A stretch of DNA of 64,000 nt, taken from an uncultured Nitrososphaeraceae archaeon (GTDB lineage Archaea; Thermoproteota; Nitrososphaeria; Nitrososphaerales; Nitrososphaeraceae). This document shows positions 50,080 to 61,629 of the stretch, one piece after another. Numbering within the stretch: position 1 is the first letter of the stretch; each line of letters begins with the position of its first letter. The stretch spans positions 1 through 64,000 of the forward strand of contig CAWGVG010000029.1 of the NCBI GenBank assembly GCA_963825865.1, given 5' to 3'. Under the pieces are notes generated by a model, which saw nothing but the letters and a program-made list of their open reading frames with translations, was not told the DNA's origin and did no database searches. Made by a program: the position numbers and the translations under genes.

Positions 50080-51583
50080 ATACTTATTCACACAGAGGAG
50101 CGATCCCCTCAGTCTGCAGATATCTTCAATAAACTCAATGTAAGAAAGGATGAGGTTCCTACAACGCCATTGATTTAAGGAAAATTAGAATAATACATAT
50201 ATGTTACTCATAACTGGTAACATAATAGTATTGTTGTGAATCCAAACACTTTTTAATGTTTGTAAATATATAACCGATATTTGAAATTATTATTTATTTA
50301 AGAGTTATTGATAACATTATTAAAAAAATATTTACCATACGTGGATAACTATAGTTAGAATCATAGGTTTTATAAAATATAAAATGGCAATTATTATAGT
50401 AGAAAAAGAGAGGGGAATAGAGTTGTTGAGTTGTTCATATAGTTCGATTATCCCCTCTCCTTTCTTTGACCTTGTAAACAAGACTGTATTTTTATAATAC
50501 AAAGATAATTGAAAAATATTGAATGTGGGATTTAAAACTGGTTGCATAGCCATCATAAAGACAAAAAGCCATTCCTGTACATAGACAGACACTAAATACC
50601 ATTTGGATAACGTTTTTAGTTATATATATATTTTATATGATAGACTGATATTTTATAATGATTTTTTTTGAACATAAGATATCTTTTATAATTTAAAAAA
50701 ATAAAAATGTGTTAGGAGTTTAATTTGTCTCTTAATATAGTACCAATAGCCTAATCATCCCTTGTTGAATCATAGACATTTGTGTCTACAATCTATGAAC
50801 ACAACTGTTGAATTCGGACTGACTGGACACTTATCTACTGGCCCTTAACTGAGACCTGGGCGTCATCACCGCTGGCTGGCCCTTCACTGCCCTCACTTGT
50901 ACATGATCCAACTGGAGAACGGAATACTCTATCTGCCCCTCCAAATGTGTTGTCTGTGCTACCTAGAGTAGGACGAGGTACATATCACGTTTTGGGCTTC
51001 TTGTTCTAGCGTGTTATCGCGTCCACTCACTTTACCATTTTGTGTGGTTGCCTGGGTGGTAACTGTATTACCGTTATACTTTCCATTAGCATGTTTTTCT
51101 TTCTTGTAACTATGTTGTTCGCCTTTCATGTACTTGTTCATTTAGATTTCGTCATCAAGCATTACGATGTCATCTATATATTTGACTTCAAGAAATTAAT
51201 TCTGACTTATTTAATATGATTTAATGCGGACTTATTTTGTATAACTAATCAGAATATCAAACGAGGTACGGTTATTCCCTTAACTATTATTAGTCTATTA
51301 AGGTGATCTCTTATTACTATATAATAGAGTTCAAAGAATATAATTCGAGAAAATATTATTTTATTTAATCATACAATTCAAATCGGAAATTATACCTTTT
51401 TAATAAGTGGAATCTCATTTATTGTGATTTTAAGATTAATCATTGCAGTTAAAAGGATTTTATACAGTGAAGGACATCTGCCAAGAATGCATTTCATACA
51501 AACTACTTATAGATACAATAACTAATTACACAATATAATACTATAATAATTTAATACATTCTGCTATCGAAAGCCTTTTAGCT

Positions 51584-51781
51584 ATGTATGTAGTACATTA
51601 TACTAGTATGACGAGTAGTACTATTGTTGCTTCTACGGTGGATATGACTGTAAAACTTGGAATCACTCTGCCTAAATCAACTATACAGAAAATCGACAAT
51701 AAGCGTGGTGATATACCGAGGAACCGATTCATCAGGAGAGCAATTGAAAGCTACCTTGATAAAGGAATGAGTAAAAAATGA
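51584..51781 (+). CDS. Ribbon-helix-helix protein
   Basis: VKLGITLPK..IDNKRGDIPRNRFIRRAIE. Confidence 0.75.
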   Translation: MYVVHYTSMTSSTIVASTVDMTVKLGITLPKSTIQKIDNKRGDIPRNRFIRRAIESYLDKGMSKK

Positions 51782-51930
51782 TTGTAGAAACCGCAAATAG
51801 CTTTGTGCCATTTGTAAGTACTATTGATTTTGGTGGGATAGCAGGTTTCTTGGTTGGTTTTGCTTTAAAACGGATAATGAAAATACTAGCTGTAATAGCA
51901 GGAGTGTTTTTTTGCTTATCCTGTTGGTGA
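51778..51930 (+). pseudogene. FUN14-like membrane protein fragment
   Basis: GGIAGFLVGFALKRIMK. Confidence 0.65.
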
Positions 51931-52032
51931 TTGATTAGTATTTGATGATAACTTTCCAATTGTCTAGATGGCGCTGGGCCATATTATTATTACCATCACC
52001 ATTTCAATTGTCTTTTTTCTTAATCTTTGTTA

Positions 52033-52287
52033 TCAGCTAGTCTGGCATGGCTGATCGTTTACACATGATGTAGACATATGGATTCTATTGTGATTTTCGT
52101 TTGGTGAATCAGTCGTATTTGAATTCGACACTGTAGTCTGGCATGGCTGATCGTTTACACATGATGTAGAGCTACTCTCTGACTCAGTTTCAGCTCGCGT
52201 TGTTGTTACTGCGAATGTTGTTACTCCTACTACTAATGTTGCTGCCATAAGGTAGCGAGCTATTGCTAAAGTTCTTGTATTGTTCAT
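52033..52287 (-). CDS. Small secreted peptide with a duplicated STSCVNDQPCQT motif
   Basis: 37-bp direct repeat at 52038 and 52134. Confidence 0.55.
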   Translation of the reverse strand: MNNTRTLAIARYLMAATLVVGVTTFAVTTTRAETESESSSTSCVNDQPCQTTVSNSNTTDSPNENHNRIHMSTSCVNDQPCQTS

Positions 52288-53004
52288 TTAGATTTTGTCA
52301 TAAGCATTACAATATCATCTATATATTTGACTTGGGTAAGTTAATGCTGATTTATCTAATATGATTTACTGCTGACTTATTTCGTATAAGTATTGGATAT
52401 ATCAAACGAGGTGAAGTTATTGATTTGACTATTGAAGATATGATTCGTTATAAGTAATGTGATAGTAAATATAAAGTAGAAAATAGTCTAGTCCTGTAAA
52501 GGGAGTGCTAAAAAAGTTGAGGCTTTTCCATCAATTCTCTTTTTTTAGTAATATATTTTCATAACTGTGTATTAAAAAATAATAGAGGGCTGGTAGGTTA
52601 TTGTCTTCATATTTGCCTATTTCTTATAGTACATGTCTGGTGTTTGTTAGTGTTGTTGGCACACTTATCCTGGCGGTGGCGGTGATGCCTGTTGTATGTT
52701 TGTAATAATACAGGTCTTGTGCTCGCCTGGCAGCTATGGTGCCAGTTGGACAATTACCTGAGAAAGAAGTTAAGAAATCAGGTCGTGGTACTGTTACTTC
52801 ATTTATCGAGCATGTGCTTGGACCCAATGTAACAAGAGTACCACTTTCACTTCCCTGGAATACAGCAGGGGGTGATGACAATTGGCCTATTAAAAGGTTA
52901 AAGGGAAACTTACTGTGACTTCAAAATGAAATTATATGTAATTCAATATATCAATTCATAATAATCAAGAAAAAACAAAGCCCAAATTAGAACTACTCTT
53001 ATAG

Positions 53005-53979
53005 TTATTTTCGTAGTATTATGTGTCTCTCGCCACCTTCGTATATGTTTTCAAATTCTATTTTGAAATTAAACGAGCTAAGGAATTCTACTATTGGTAC
53101 GTAGAAATTAGCACCACCAGGAAGACTGTGTATTTCTATTAAAAGTCCGATATCTTTGCTTTTAGACAATATATTGGTAGCGCCTTTTAATACTTCAAAT
53201 TCAGCTCCTTCAACATCTATTTTAATCCAGTTAATATCTGCGTGACTTATTCCACTTTGTTGTGATAATAGATTATCTAATGTATTGGCATTTACTTCCA
53301 CAAATTTTTCTTCAGGTTTTGCCCTATCGACTATTACGGTATTATATATTGTACAGCCAGATTCTTTGCCCGGTAAATAGAGTTTTATTTTCGTTTCTTT
53401 GGAATATACGGCATAATTTAAAGCAGTGATATTTGTTAAATTATTTAATTTGATGTTATGGTTTAACATCTCAAAATTGCTAGGATCAGCCTCTATAGCA
53501 AATACTTTTCCATTTGTACCAACACGCATTGAACTTAATAGTGTATAATATCCTATATGCGCGCCAATATCTATAACTACATCTCCCTCTTTAGGGGAAA
53601 AGCGCTCGATTAAATCACGTTCATGCAGTGCCATCACTACAAGATCATTGAAAGTATCTTTACTTCGACAATAGGCCTGATAACCATATTCAGGCACATT
53701 AACTTTTAATAGCAAATTATGCATTCCTAAAAGTTTGAAAGATTTATACAAGAAACCTTTATATGTAATCCCTCTTTCAATGTATAGACGATCTCTTTTT
53801 TTCTTTCCTAAAACTATTCTGCCTAAAACCATTAAACCACAATACATGTTTTTGAGGGAAAATAAAACAAGTTTATCTTTTACAGTCGCACCATTTGCTT
53901 CTTTTAGGAGCAATCTATCAAAACTTACTGAATCCTGTCTCGACTTTAGCCTGTCTGAAGCTGAGGTGAAGTTCTTCAT
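53005..53979 (-). CDS. FkbM-family methyltransferase
   Basis: VIDIGAHIGYY, IKIDVEGAE. Confidence 0.9.
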   Translation of the reverse strand: MKNFTSASDRLKSRQDSVSFDRLLLKEANGATVKDKLVLFSLKNMYCGLMVLGRIVLGKKKRDRLYIERGITYKGFLYKSFKLLGMHNLLLKVNVPEYGYQAYCRSKDTFNDLVVMALHERDLIERFSPKEGDVVIDIGAHIGYYTLLSSMRVGTNGKVFAIEADPSNFEMLNHNIKLNNLTNITALNYAVYSKETKIKLYLPGKESGCTIYNTVIVDRAKPEEKFVEVNANTLDNLLSQQSGISHADINWIKIDVEGAEFEVLKGATNILSKSKDIGLLIEIHSLPGGANFYVPIVEFLSSFNFKIEFENIYEGGERHIILRK

Positions 53980-54890
53980 TTAACTATTATTGATATATTA
54001 TGATTTAACTATAGTACGCATTATAGTATCAACCATCAGATTTTGTTTCGAAACGCTTATTTAAACAAATGCGTTATTCTTTCAAATCTTGACCATGAAA
54101 CTAAATATGTATACCAATCTCCCTTTAATTATGATAATTTCTTCAATATATTTGATATTAATTGGAATAATTTCAATTACAGCTATCAACTAACAATTAC
54201 TATATCGGCTATAAGGTTGGTTATCGAGTAGATTGTAATGCTATGCATTGCTACACTAACAGGCGAATGAATAGGAAATGACCTCATCAAAGATTACAGC
54301 AATGGCAACGCTGGCATTATCTTTAGTTTTGATTGGATCAATGATAACTAGTCATTTATTTGTTGTAAATGCATTATTACCAGAAAATTATCTTTCTATG
54401 TCATTCCATCATAAGAGATACTGAAAATAGCTGATGGAGTTTATGACAATTTGTTAAAGGTCGTTGCTAACGATACGATATATCCTGCCAAAGCAACTCA
54501 GACCAATGTCATTGAAACAAAATAAGTGAAAATAAACTCATCTGTACTATAAGTTTACAGTTACACTTACAGGAAAGGCTCAAGGTGTACGAATCGGATT
54601 TGACAGGATAATAATGAAGTGCATAATCTCCCCTTTTATTGTTTCAATTAATTAAAAAATAATGAATGTTTTTAAAAATGATAAAAAGGAGAGAGATTTA
54701 AATCTGTTGTTGTTTTTTGTTTTTAGTTATTGTTACTATTTCGCTACGATGCTATGGTGATGGTGATGACGAGGACGACGCTTGCTTTGCAGTTGCATCA
54801 ACAGTATAGTATGCTTGAGTGCTTTCTTTCTCAAGGAAAGTAGTACTCGACCGATAAGAAAAACAAAATATAAAAAAGTGGAAAAGTAAA

Positions 54891-55369
54891 ATGGAAACAA
54901 CAGGTACCAAGAAAATAAAGAGCAACAACAAGAGCCCTTTGATTTAGAAACCAAAAGAAAAATTCAGGAATCCCTGCAGAAGATTTATAACAAACAACAG
55001 CAACAACAAGCCACAAAGAGTAATGGTGGTGGCAGTAGAAAAACAAGTTTTATCAAATTTGTACATGACGGAGAACTTAAGCGCCTTTCATTCACGGGGC
55101 AGTTTCAAAAGGAGCAAATACCATACAAGGATTTTATAACAAATCAAGTGATTGAAGGTAGATTCTCGGAACGATATTTCTTTGAATGCTATGACATTAC
55201 AGATTCAATCCATCCATCTGAAATCTCTATATGGGAACGCGGTCCCAAGGACGCAAGAATTATACTATACTGGCTTTCAAACAACAAAAATGTGTTAGAT
55301 GTCATACGCCACGGTCAGCCAGGGAGCAAAACTACTACCTATGATATCTACCCGCCACCAATGGCTTAG
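54891..55369 (+). pseudogene. Frameshifted paralog of the 3857-4315 SSB-like gene
   Basis: GRFSERYFFECYDITD...RHGQPGSKTTTYDI shared. Confidence 0.85.
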
Positions 55370-55604
55370 GAATGTTGCTATTGCTGCTGACTATGCTTCT
55401 CCTTCCATTCCTTTTTCTTTATGGGTGGTTAACGACCACTACTTGAACAAGAGCAGTTGTCTTTAACTTATCTTATTGTGTCTTTTTTCTATGTTGTTCT
55501 TATTGTAATGCGTCCCAGCTATTTGCGTTCGATTGGGACAGCCAAGAGCCACTAAAACTCATTATGGGTAGTATAAAGTAATCCTAAAATAATCTGTCTG
55601 GGGT

Positions 55605-55703
55605 ATCTGACGCACCTGACGCATCTGACGCCAGTAGCGAAAATAGTATTGACAATACCAATAGAAAAATTAAGTGATGTCAGATAGGTCAGATACATCA
55701 GAT
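55605..55703. repeat. Free-standing 3+3 iteron-like cassette
   Basis: ATCTGAC 55605, ACCTGAC 55614, ATCTGAC 55623; 49-nt spacer; GTCAGAT 55679, GTCAGAT 55688, ATCAGAT 55697. Confidence 0.88.
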
Positions 55704-55983
55704 AGTAATAGATTATACAATATGTCTACACAGTGAAGATCGTTGGGGCGCTTTCCATCTTGTGAAGAGCTGCAAGTTCCATTTCTTATAGGCACTGACC
55801 AGATTACAAACAAGATAACAAAACATGCTGCAGACTCATGTACTTATGAACCTAGGATAGCTGGTATTAGATCGTCTTTTCAAAGCTAAGGAATATGCTT
55901 TCAGTCCTTTAGGATAGGTAAGACAGAACTTTAAATAATATTGCTTTCAACCTACTTCTACTTTCTTAAGCTATTCACATATC

Positions 55984-56586
55984 CTATAATATCAGAATAG
56001 CCGCACTTATTACAGTCGTCCACAAGCCTTCTTTGTTTCCTTCTGCAGATTGAGTAATATTTTGAGTTTTGTAAATCTTTCCTGAAAGTTTCCATTGTTC
56101 TTCTCTTTGATCCCAAGTAAGAGTTGGATCGTTTGATAAACCTAATGTTGTAGCAAGCATTTCCATAGCCATATCTTCGGCATAATCTCCAGCTTTTTGT
56201 GCTGTTTCTCCAGTCGAATGGTGCTCAGATAGATATCCATATTGTGTATCGTCTGCAGGTCTAGCAAGACCGACAGATGCAGCAATCAACCTATTTGGTT
56301 CGTTAGTAGAGGAACGAGCTAAAATAGTAAAAACAATTTGTCCTGACATTAGATACTTTCTGCCTTCTTGTCTGGGAACTATTTTACATTGCGATGGTTT
56401 TATACTTGATACAGAAGCCAAATTCAAATCAGCTATTTCTGCGTCACGTAAGGCTAATTCGAAACTTGTAAGATAGTCTTTATGCAAGCCTTTGCCTTTT
56501 GTCAAAAACATTATTTTTGGAACATATAGTATTGGATTTGATAGATTTGTTGTTGTTCTTAACGTCTTGTCTTGTCTTTCCATCAT
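55984..56586 (-). CDS. pdaD: Pyruvoyl-dependent arginine decarboxylase
   Basis: SFELALRDA, NLASVSSI self-cleavage site, YGYLSEHH. Confidence 0.92.
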   Translation of the reverse strand: MMERQDKTLRTTTNLSNPILYVPKIMFLTKGKGLHKDYLTSFELALRDAEIADLNLASVSSIKPSQCKIVPRQEGRKYLMSGQIVFTILARSSTNEPNRLIAASVGLARPADDTQYGYLSEHHSTGETAQKAGDYAEDMAMEMLATTLGLSNDPTLTWDQREEQWKLSGKIYKTQNITQSAEGNKEGLWTTVISAAILIL

Positions 56587-56644
56587 TCTTTTATTATGTG
56601 GTAAATAATATTATAATATTACAAAGAAGGCTCGTAGGATATTG

Positions 56645-57050
56645 TTATACAGCTTTAACTTCTTATCATTGCTATTTTTATCCTTACTTACTATATAATA
56701 TACAGAATATTGATTATCAGAACTATCACCAATTGAATATTCATCTATTTTATTGAAAAGATAACCATCATCAAATTTACCCTTTGTAATGTAGTATAGT
56801 TATGAGGTTTGCGTTTTCTTAAAATTGTCTTTTGTATTGTATATTCTTTAATTTCGTCCTCAGAAGGAGCATCCCTGAATCCATAAACTTGGTCACATCT
56901 ATCCAAAAATGTCTTGAGTGTTGGGATTTCCTCCTTTGACATCATAAATCCTTTGTTCCATGCTGCGTTGTACGGGTTAGCCGTTGCGATAATGGTAGTT
57001 GGAGAATCGATATCGAAATGCATTCCATATTTATCTATGGTGCATCTACC
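56645..57050 (-). pseudogene. Internal MCM fragment fused to the 3' remnant of the cyclase gene
   Basis: 56795-57050 homologous to 7525-7780; 56645-56789 homologous to 5122-5267. Confidence 0.85.
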
Positions 57051-57187
57051 CGTAGGCCTTTTTCAAATTACATATTTCAGCTGATGATGCATTCCATGTT
57101 ACAACTGCATGTTACTATGGTTGTGATTATTTTATCTGTAAGATTGGTTCTTGAAAGAAAAAGCCGATAATAAAGTAAACAATTTGC

Positions 57188-58187
57188 TCCTCTGTTGCAT
57201 AATTCATTAGGATTTTAGGTTATGCAAACCGTTAGCTAGGTCATTCGATTGAACATGTTATACAGAGCTGCCTTTAGGAGGATCTCTTTTACCATGTGAG
57301 GAAACTTTCTAGCTGTTACATGTTCACCAAATGTTCTTTTAATGGAAGAGAATGCTGTTTCTGCTATCCACCTGTACCCATAGCTCACGCTACGCTTCCA
57401 TTTTTTGAGGTTTGTCTTGTTGTCTTACTACAGACATATTCCTAGCATGACAGTTAGTTGACTTGACCTTGGAATTACTTCTTGTCTTTATACCAGGCTT
57501 AATGTGGTTCTTTGATAGGTATCTAAAATTGTTATTGCTGTCGTACATACCATCTGCTAATATACCCTTCAGATTATTATTTTCAGAAGCATTGTCTACT
57601 AACTTCTTTAGCATCTTACCATCATGTACCTCTTCACTTGTTACCTCCAGAGATACAATTCTTTTCTTCTCGATATCAACTGCTATGTGTATCTTTAGAT
57701 ATCCTTTTCTGACATGCCATTTGTGGTGCATCCATTCCCCTCGATTAGTTACCTTAATGCCGGTGCTGTCTAAAGCAATGACAATATCATTTCCTAATTT
57801 TTCATCGATTTTAATCTCTAGCCTGTTTATACGTCTATTAATGGTCACTATAATGTGGTGTGTTTGATACTTCTTTACTTGCATGAGCTATGACTACACC
57901 CTGTGTTTGTCTATATGGTAGATGGAAATATGCTCTCATGTAACCTAGAAGCTGAATAAATGAATTTGGGTAGCAGTAGGGCTCACCAACCTTACCAAGG
58001 TTCATTTGACATAATTCATGATCCCATCCATCAAGTACATCAAAATCCAAGAGTACTTGACCACGCCTAACTAGTGATTCATTATAGCAAGGCCAGTCAA
58101 CCATACCAGAATAATTAATACTAGCAAGCTAAATGGTGAGTGGTCAAATAAGTATCACTTACAAGATAATTAATCATGCAACAAAGC
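57188..58187 (-). mobile_element. IS5-family (IS903-like) element with a frameshifted transposase
   Basis: TIR cores TGTTGCATAATT / TGTTGCATGATT; 9-bp TSD ACAATTTGC; YNESLVRRG, DSTGIK, KIHIAVD, ADGMYD. Confidence 0.9.
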
Positions 58188-58407
58188 ACAATTTGCGTAT
58201 ATCTAATATATCCAAAAACAAGAAATAGAAGGTCTTATAAATAGACTATAATCATCTGAAGTTTTTTGTCCCCTGAAAATAGTTTTACACAAAAACCTAT
58301 TTCATACTTTAAAATATTCTTTTTTGAATGGCTTCATCAGAGTGTTATCGGAGTTAAAAAAGCCATCTTTAATTAGAGTGTATAACCATTAATATCTATA
58401 AAACTAT

Positions 58408-59064
58408 ATAATTCTCATAAATATATCAAGCATACCTGTAGCTACAACATCTCTTGTAATTTTAAATACTGTAATCTTTGCATTTGGGCTGCTGTCAGGT
58501 TCACAAGAGCAAATCATACGTAGTTATGGGTTTATTCCTGACCAGCTATTATTATTAACTTATGACGGAGGCAATGGCAATACAAATTACTCTCATCCAT
58601 TCTTACTACAGTCGTCGTCGGACAGCCTGACACGGTTATTCTCTTCAATGTTCATACATGCCAATATTGTACATCTTGCATTTAACACACTAGCACTAGT
58701 ATATCTTGGTGGATATGCTGAAAGATCTGTTGGAATTCTCAGATACATTGTTATCTATATACTGGCAGGAATTGCTGGAGTTTTGTTCTATAGCGTTATA
58801 GCGATTTTTATTTTAGGAAATAGCCATACTGTGTTAATAGGTGCATCAGGAGCAATCTCAGGAATATTAGGAATAGCTGCTGCTGCTGGAAATACCAGAG
58901 CGTACTATTGGCTTTTATTTCAAATTGTATTTGCTTTTATTGGCTCGATTGCTGCAATTTCAATAGCCTTTACGGCGCATATTGGCGGTTTCATGGCTGG
59001 CCTATTGCTTACGAAAGTATTAGTTGTGATAGAACATAAAAAGAGGGTTAAATACCTGAAATAA
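58408..59064 (+). CDS. Rhomboid intramembrane serine protease
   Basis: FIHANIVHLAFN, GASG, AHIGG; frame open upstream of ATG 58648 back to a stop at 58401. Confidence 0.85.
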   Translation: MILINISSIPVATTSLVILNTVIFAFGLLSGSQEQIIRSYGFIPDQLLLLTYDGGNGNTNYSHPFLLQSSSDSLTRLFSSMFIHANIVHLAFNTLALVYLGGYAERSVGILRYIVIYILAGIAGVLFYSVIAIFILGNSHTVLIGASGAISGILGIAAAAGNTRAYYWLLFQIVFAFIGSIAAISIAFTAHIGGFMAGLLLTKVLVVIEHKKRVKYLK

Positions 59065-59597
59065 GCCATATTTGACAATAGTAGTATTATGGCATATGGA
59101 AAATAATTTTATGCGAGTCACGGAATTACATGCTTTATACTCTATGACATTTTTTTCGAGTTAGGATTGTGCTGAATAAATGTCAGCAGAAAAGTTTAAT
59201 CATTAGAAAATAGTAATCTCCCGTAAGGGAGAGCTATTCTATTTATGTCCTAATTTATGGAGTTCTTTTCATTGTGATTCTATTCTTAATTTTAATTACC
59301 ATTCCGGAAGGTGCGCTAAAAAATTATGTCAAATTTGATTCACATCCATCCGAGCCCGGATTAGCATTAGATTCCAAACCTGATTATTACATATTTTGTG
59401 CTAATAATATAATATCAAGAATATGAAGGTTAGGTTCAAGTCCAACTCCAAGCGCTTTATTATATAAAAATCCAGGTACGAGCTACCCCAAGAACACCAT
59501 TTCAAACATAAATATTTGATATTCTCAACATCTATTTGATACTATATGGCATATTGCTACGGCTATTAATGCTGGTGCTGGTATAATCATATATTAT

Positions 59598-60647
59598 AGA
59601 TCTCTTGCGTAATTAGCGGCTATAGTCTAACACCCTACTTGTTTTAGCCGTCTTCTTAGATTGAAATGCTGTCAGACTGTATAACTCTGAAGTTCAGGAG
59701 ACCGGATATTATATCAGATACGTTATTGTACTTCCTTAATCTGTTTCTAAATTTCAGTACCCATTATTCCAAACTTTTTGATCTTACATATGGTATGTTC
59801 TACTATGATCCTTAGCCTAGAATGATTCTTGTTGTAAGTTCTTTCATCACATGAAAGCAATGTACCCTTTTTCTTTTTGATACGAAAGTACAGGCTTTAC
59901 AGTGGGAAAGTCCTTTTCAATGCCAAGATAACCAAGATCAACTATGTTTTCAACTTGTGATGGAGTTATAGAATGATTGTGTTTGTAAATGTCATAATCA
60001 TGTTTTCTTCCACTTCTGTGACCTGTCTTATGCAGTATCAATCCTTCACTGTTTACCATCAATTGTGTCTTGACAGTATGTTTCTTCTTTCTACCTGAAT
60101 AGTAACTCTTCCTTCTTCTTTTGTTCTTAGGTCTTGGAATTTCTTGTTCTGTAGAGTCTATGAAAGCCTTGAATCCAGGAAAGTACTCTTCTACTTCATC
60201 TATAGTTCTTAATCTCCTAGTACATGTTTGTATATCTTCTTTGGCAATGGAATACACTCCTTGATAAGTGGTTCCATCATTGATATATCTCTACAAACAT
60301 TGCTTTGATCAAGGTCAAACAGAAATCCTGATAATGTATATGTAATGTATAATCTGTAGTATACTAGAAGCATAACGAATCTTTCTTTAACTTTAAGACT
60401 TAAATGGTCTACCAGCACCTATATCCCGTATTCTCGTCCTTGATAGAAGACGTCTTCTTTCGTGCTCTTCGTAGTTATGTTCAATTTCGTTACAAATGGA
60501 TTCAAATTCAGATACAGTTACTCCGGTAAATGACCTGAATATCAAAGGTTTCTTACATAATTTGCTATAGGACATCAAAGAGCTTGTCAGATAGATATCC
60601 TATGTGAAGAGGAATATAGCTCTAACTTCTAATTACACAAGAGATCT
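59598..60647 (-). mobile_element. Second, near-identical copy of the IS5 element at 25872, with several indels
   Basis: Same TIRs; flanked by TAT on both sides. Confidence 0.92.
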
Positions 60648-60744
60648 TATGGAGATAATACTATGTCGTAATCTTTTCTTTTTTACTAATAATAATTTTA
60701 CACATCTATCAAACTTAATATATGGTAAATCAATAGCGGATTTT

Positions 60745-61497
60745 ATGACTTTGGAGAAAGGTTCTCTTATACTAGTGGATTATACCGCTAAAGTCAAGGA
60801 TACTAAAGAAATTTTCGAAACTACTAATGAAGAAGAGGCTAAAAAATCTGACCTCTATGATCCCACACGCAAGTATGAGCCACGACTTGTATCTATTGGC
60901 GAAGGCTGGGTTCTAAAAGGGTTGGACGAAGCTCTTGCAAGTGCTAATACAGGCGATAAACTAAGTGTAGAAATCACTCCTGACAAAGGCTTTGGCGAAA
61001 GAGATCCGAATAAGGTTAAAATGGTCCCACAGCGAAAGTTAGGCGAGAAAGCCGATGAGGTTAAGGTAGGCGACGTAGTTGAAATATATGAGCGCACTGG
61101 AATTGTTAGATATATAGGATCCGGAAGAGTTCAAATTGACTTTAATAATAGGTTTGCAGGTCGAACTTTGACATATGATGTTAATATAATCAAGAAACTT
61201 GAGAGTGACAACGATAAAGTGATGTCTCTAATAAAAAGAAGATTATCAATTGATGATGAAAAGATAAAAATTGATCTTTTAGAATCAATTTTAGAAATCG
61301 AATTACCGGAAGAAACTTTTATGGTTGAAGGATTGCAAATTATTAAGCGGGCAGTGGCAAACGACATCTTCAAATTTGTAACTGGATTAAATAGTATCAA
61401 ATTTATTGAAAATCACAAGCCATCTACACCACTCCAACTACAACAACCAAAACCTGAAGAAAAACCGGTAGAAGCTACTGAAAATAAGTCTGCCTAA
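60745..61497 (+). CDS. FKBP-type peptidyl-prolyl isomerase (long archaeal type)
   Basis: VDYT, FETT, GWVLKGLDEAL, GFGERD, DFNNRFAG. Confidence 0.92.
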   Translation: MTLEKGSLILVDYTAKVKDTKEIFETTNEEEAKKSDLYDPTRKYEPRLVSIGEGWVLKGLDEALASANTGDKLSVEITPDKGFGERDPNKVKMVPQRKLGEKADEVKVGDVVEIYERTGIVRYIGSGRVQIDFNNRFAGRTLTYDVNIIKKLESDNDKVMSLIKRRLSIDDEKIKIDLLESILEIELPEETFMVEGLQIIKRAVANDIFKFVTGLNSIKFIENHKPSTPLQLQQPKPEEKPVEATENKSA

Positions 61498-61629
61498 CTG
61501 TCATATCATTTCTGATGTCACATAGACATAACATATATCATAAATCATTTGTTAGTAATCGGTAAACAGTAAACGATAACTCCCAATACATTTTACTTAA
61601 AGAAAAGTTTCACCTATTAGGAAAACTGC

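Larger units (their letters stand above)
54300..57050. mobile_element. Decayed second copy of the MCM element
   Basis: Same order of homologous segments as 1.0-7.8 kb. Confidence 0.8.

Noticed and set aside
25872-60647. Composite transposon bounded by the two IS5 copies
   Set aside because: The second copy has its own TAT duplication and the 33-kb interval contains housekeeping genes
60604-60744. N-terminal extension of the FKBP PPIase
   Set aside because: It starts inside the IS5 terminus; the plausible start is MTLEKG at 60745
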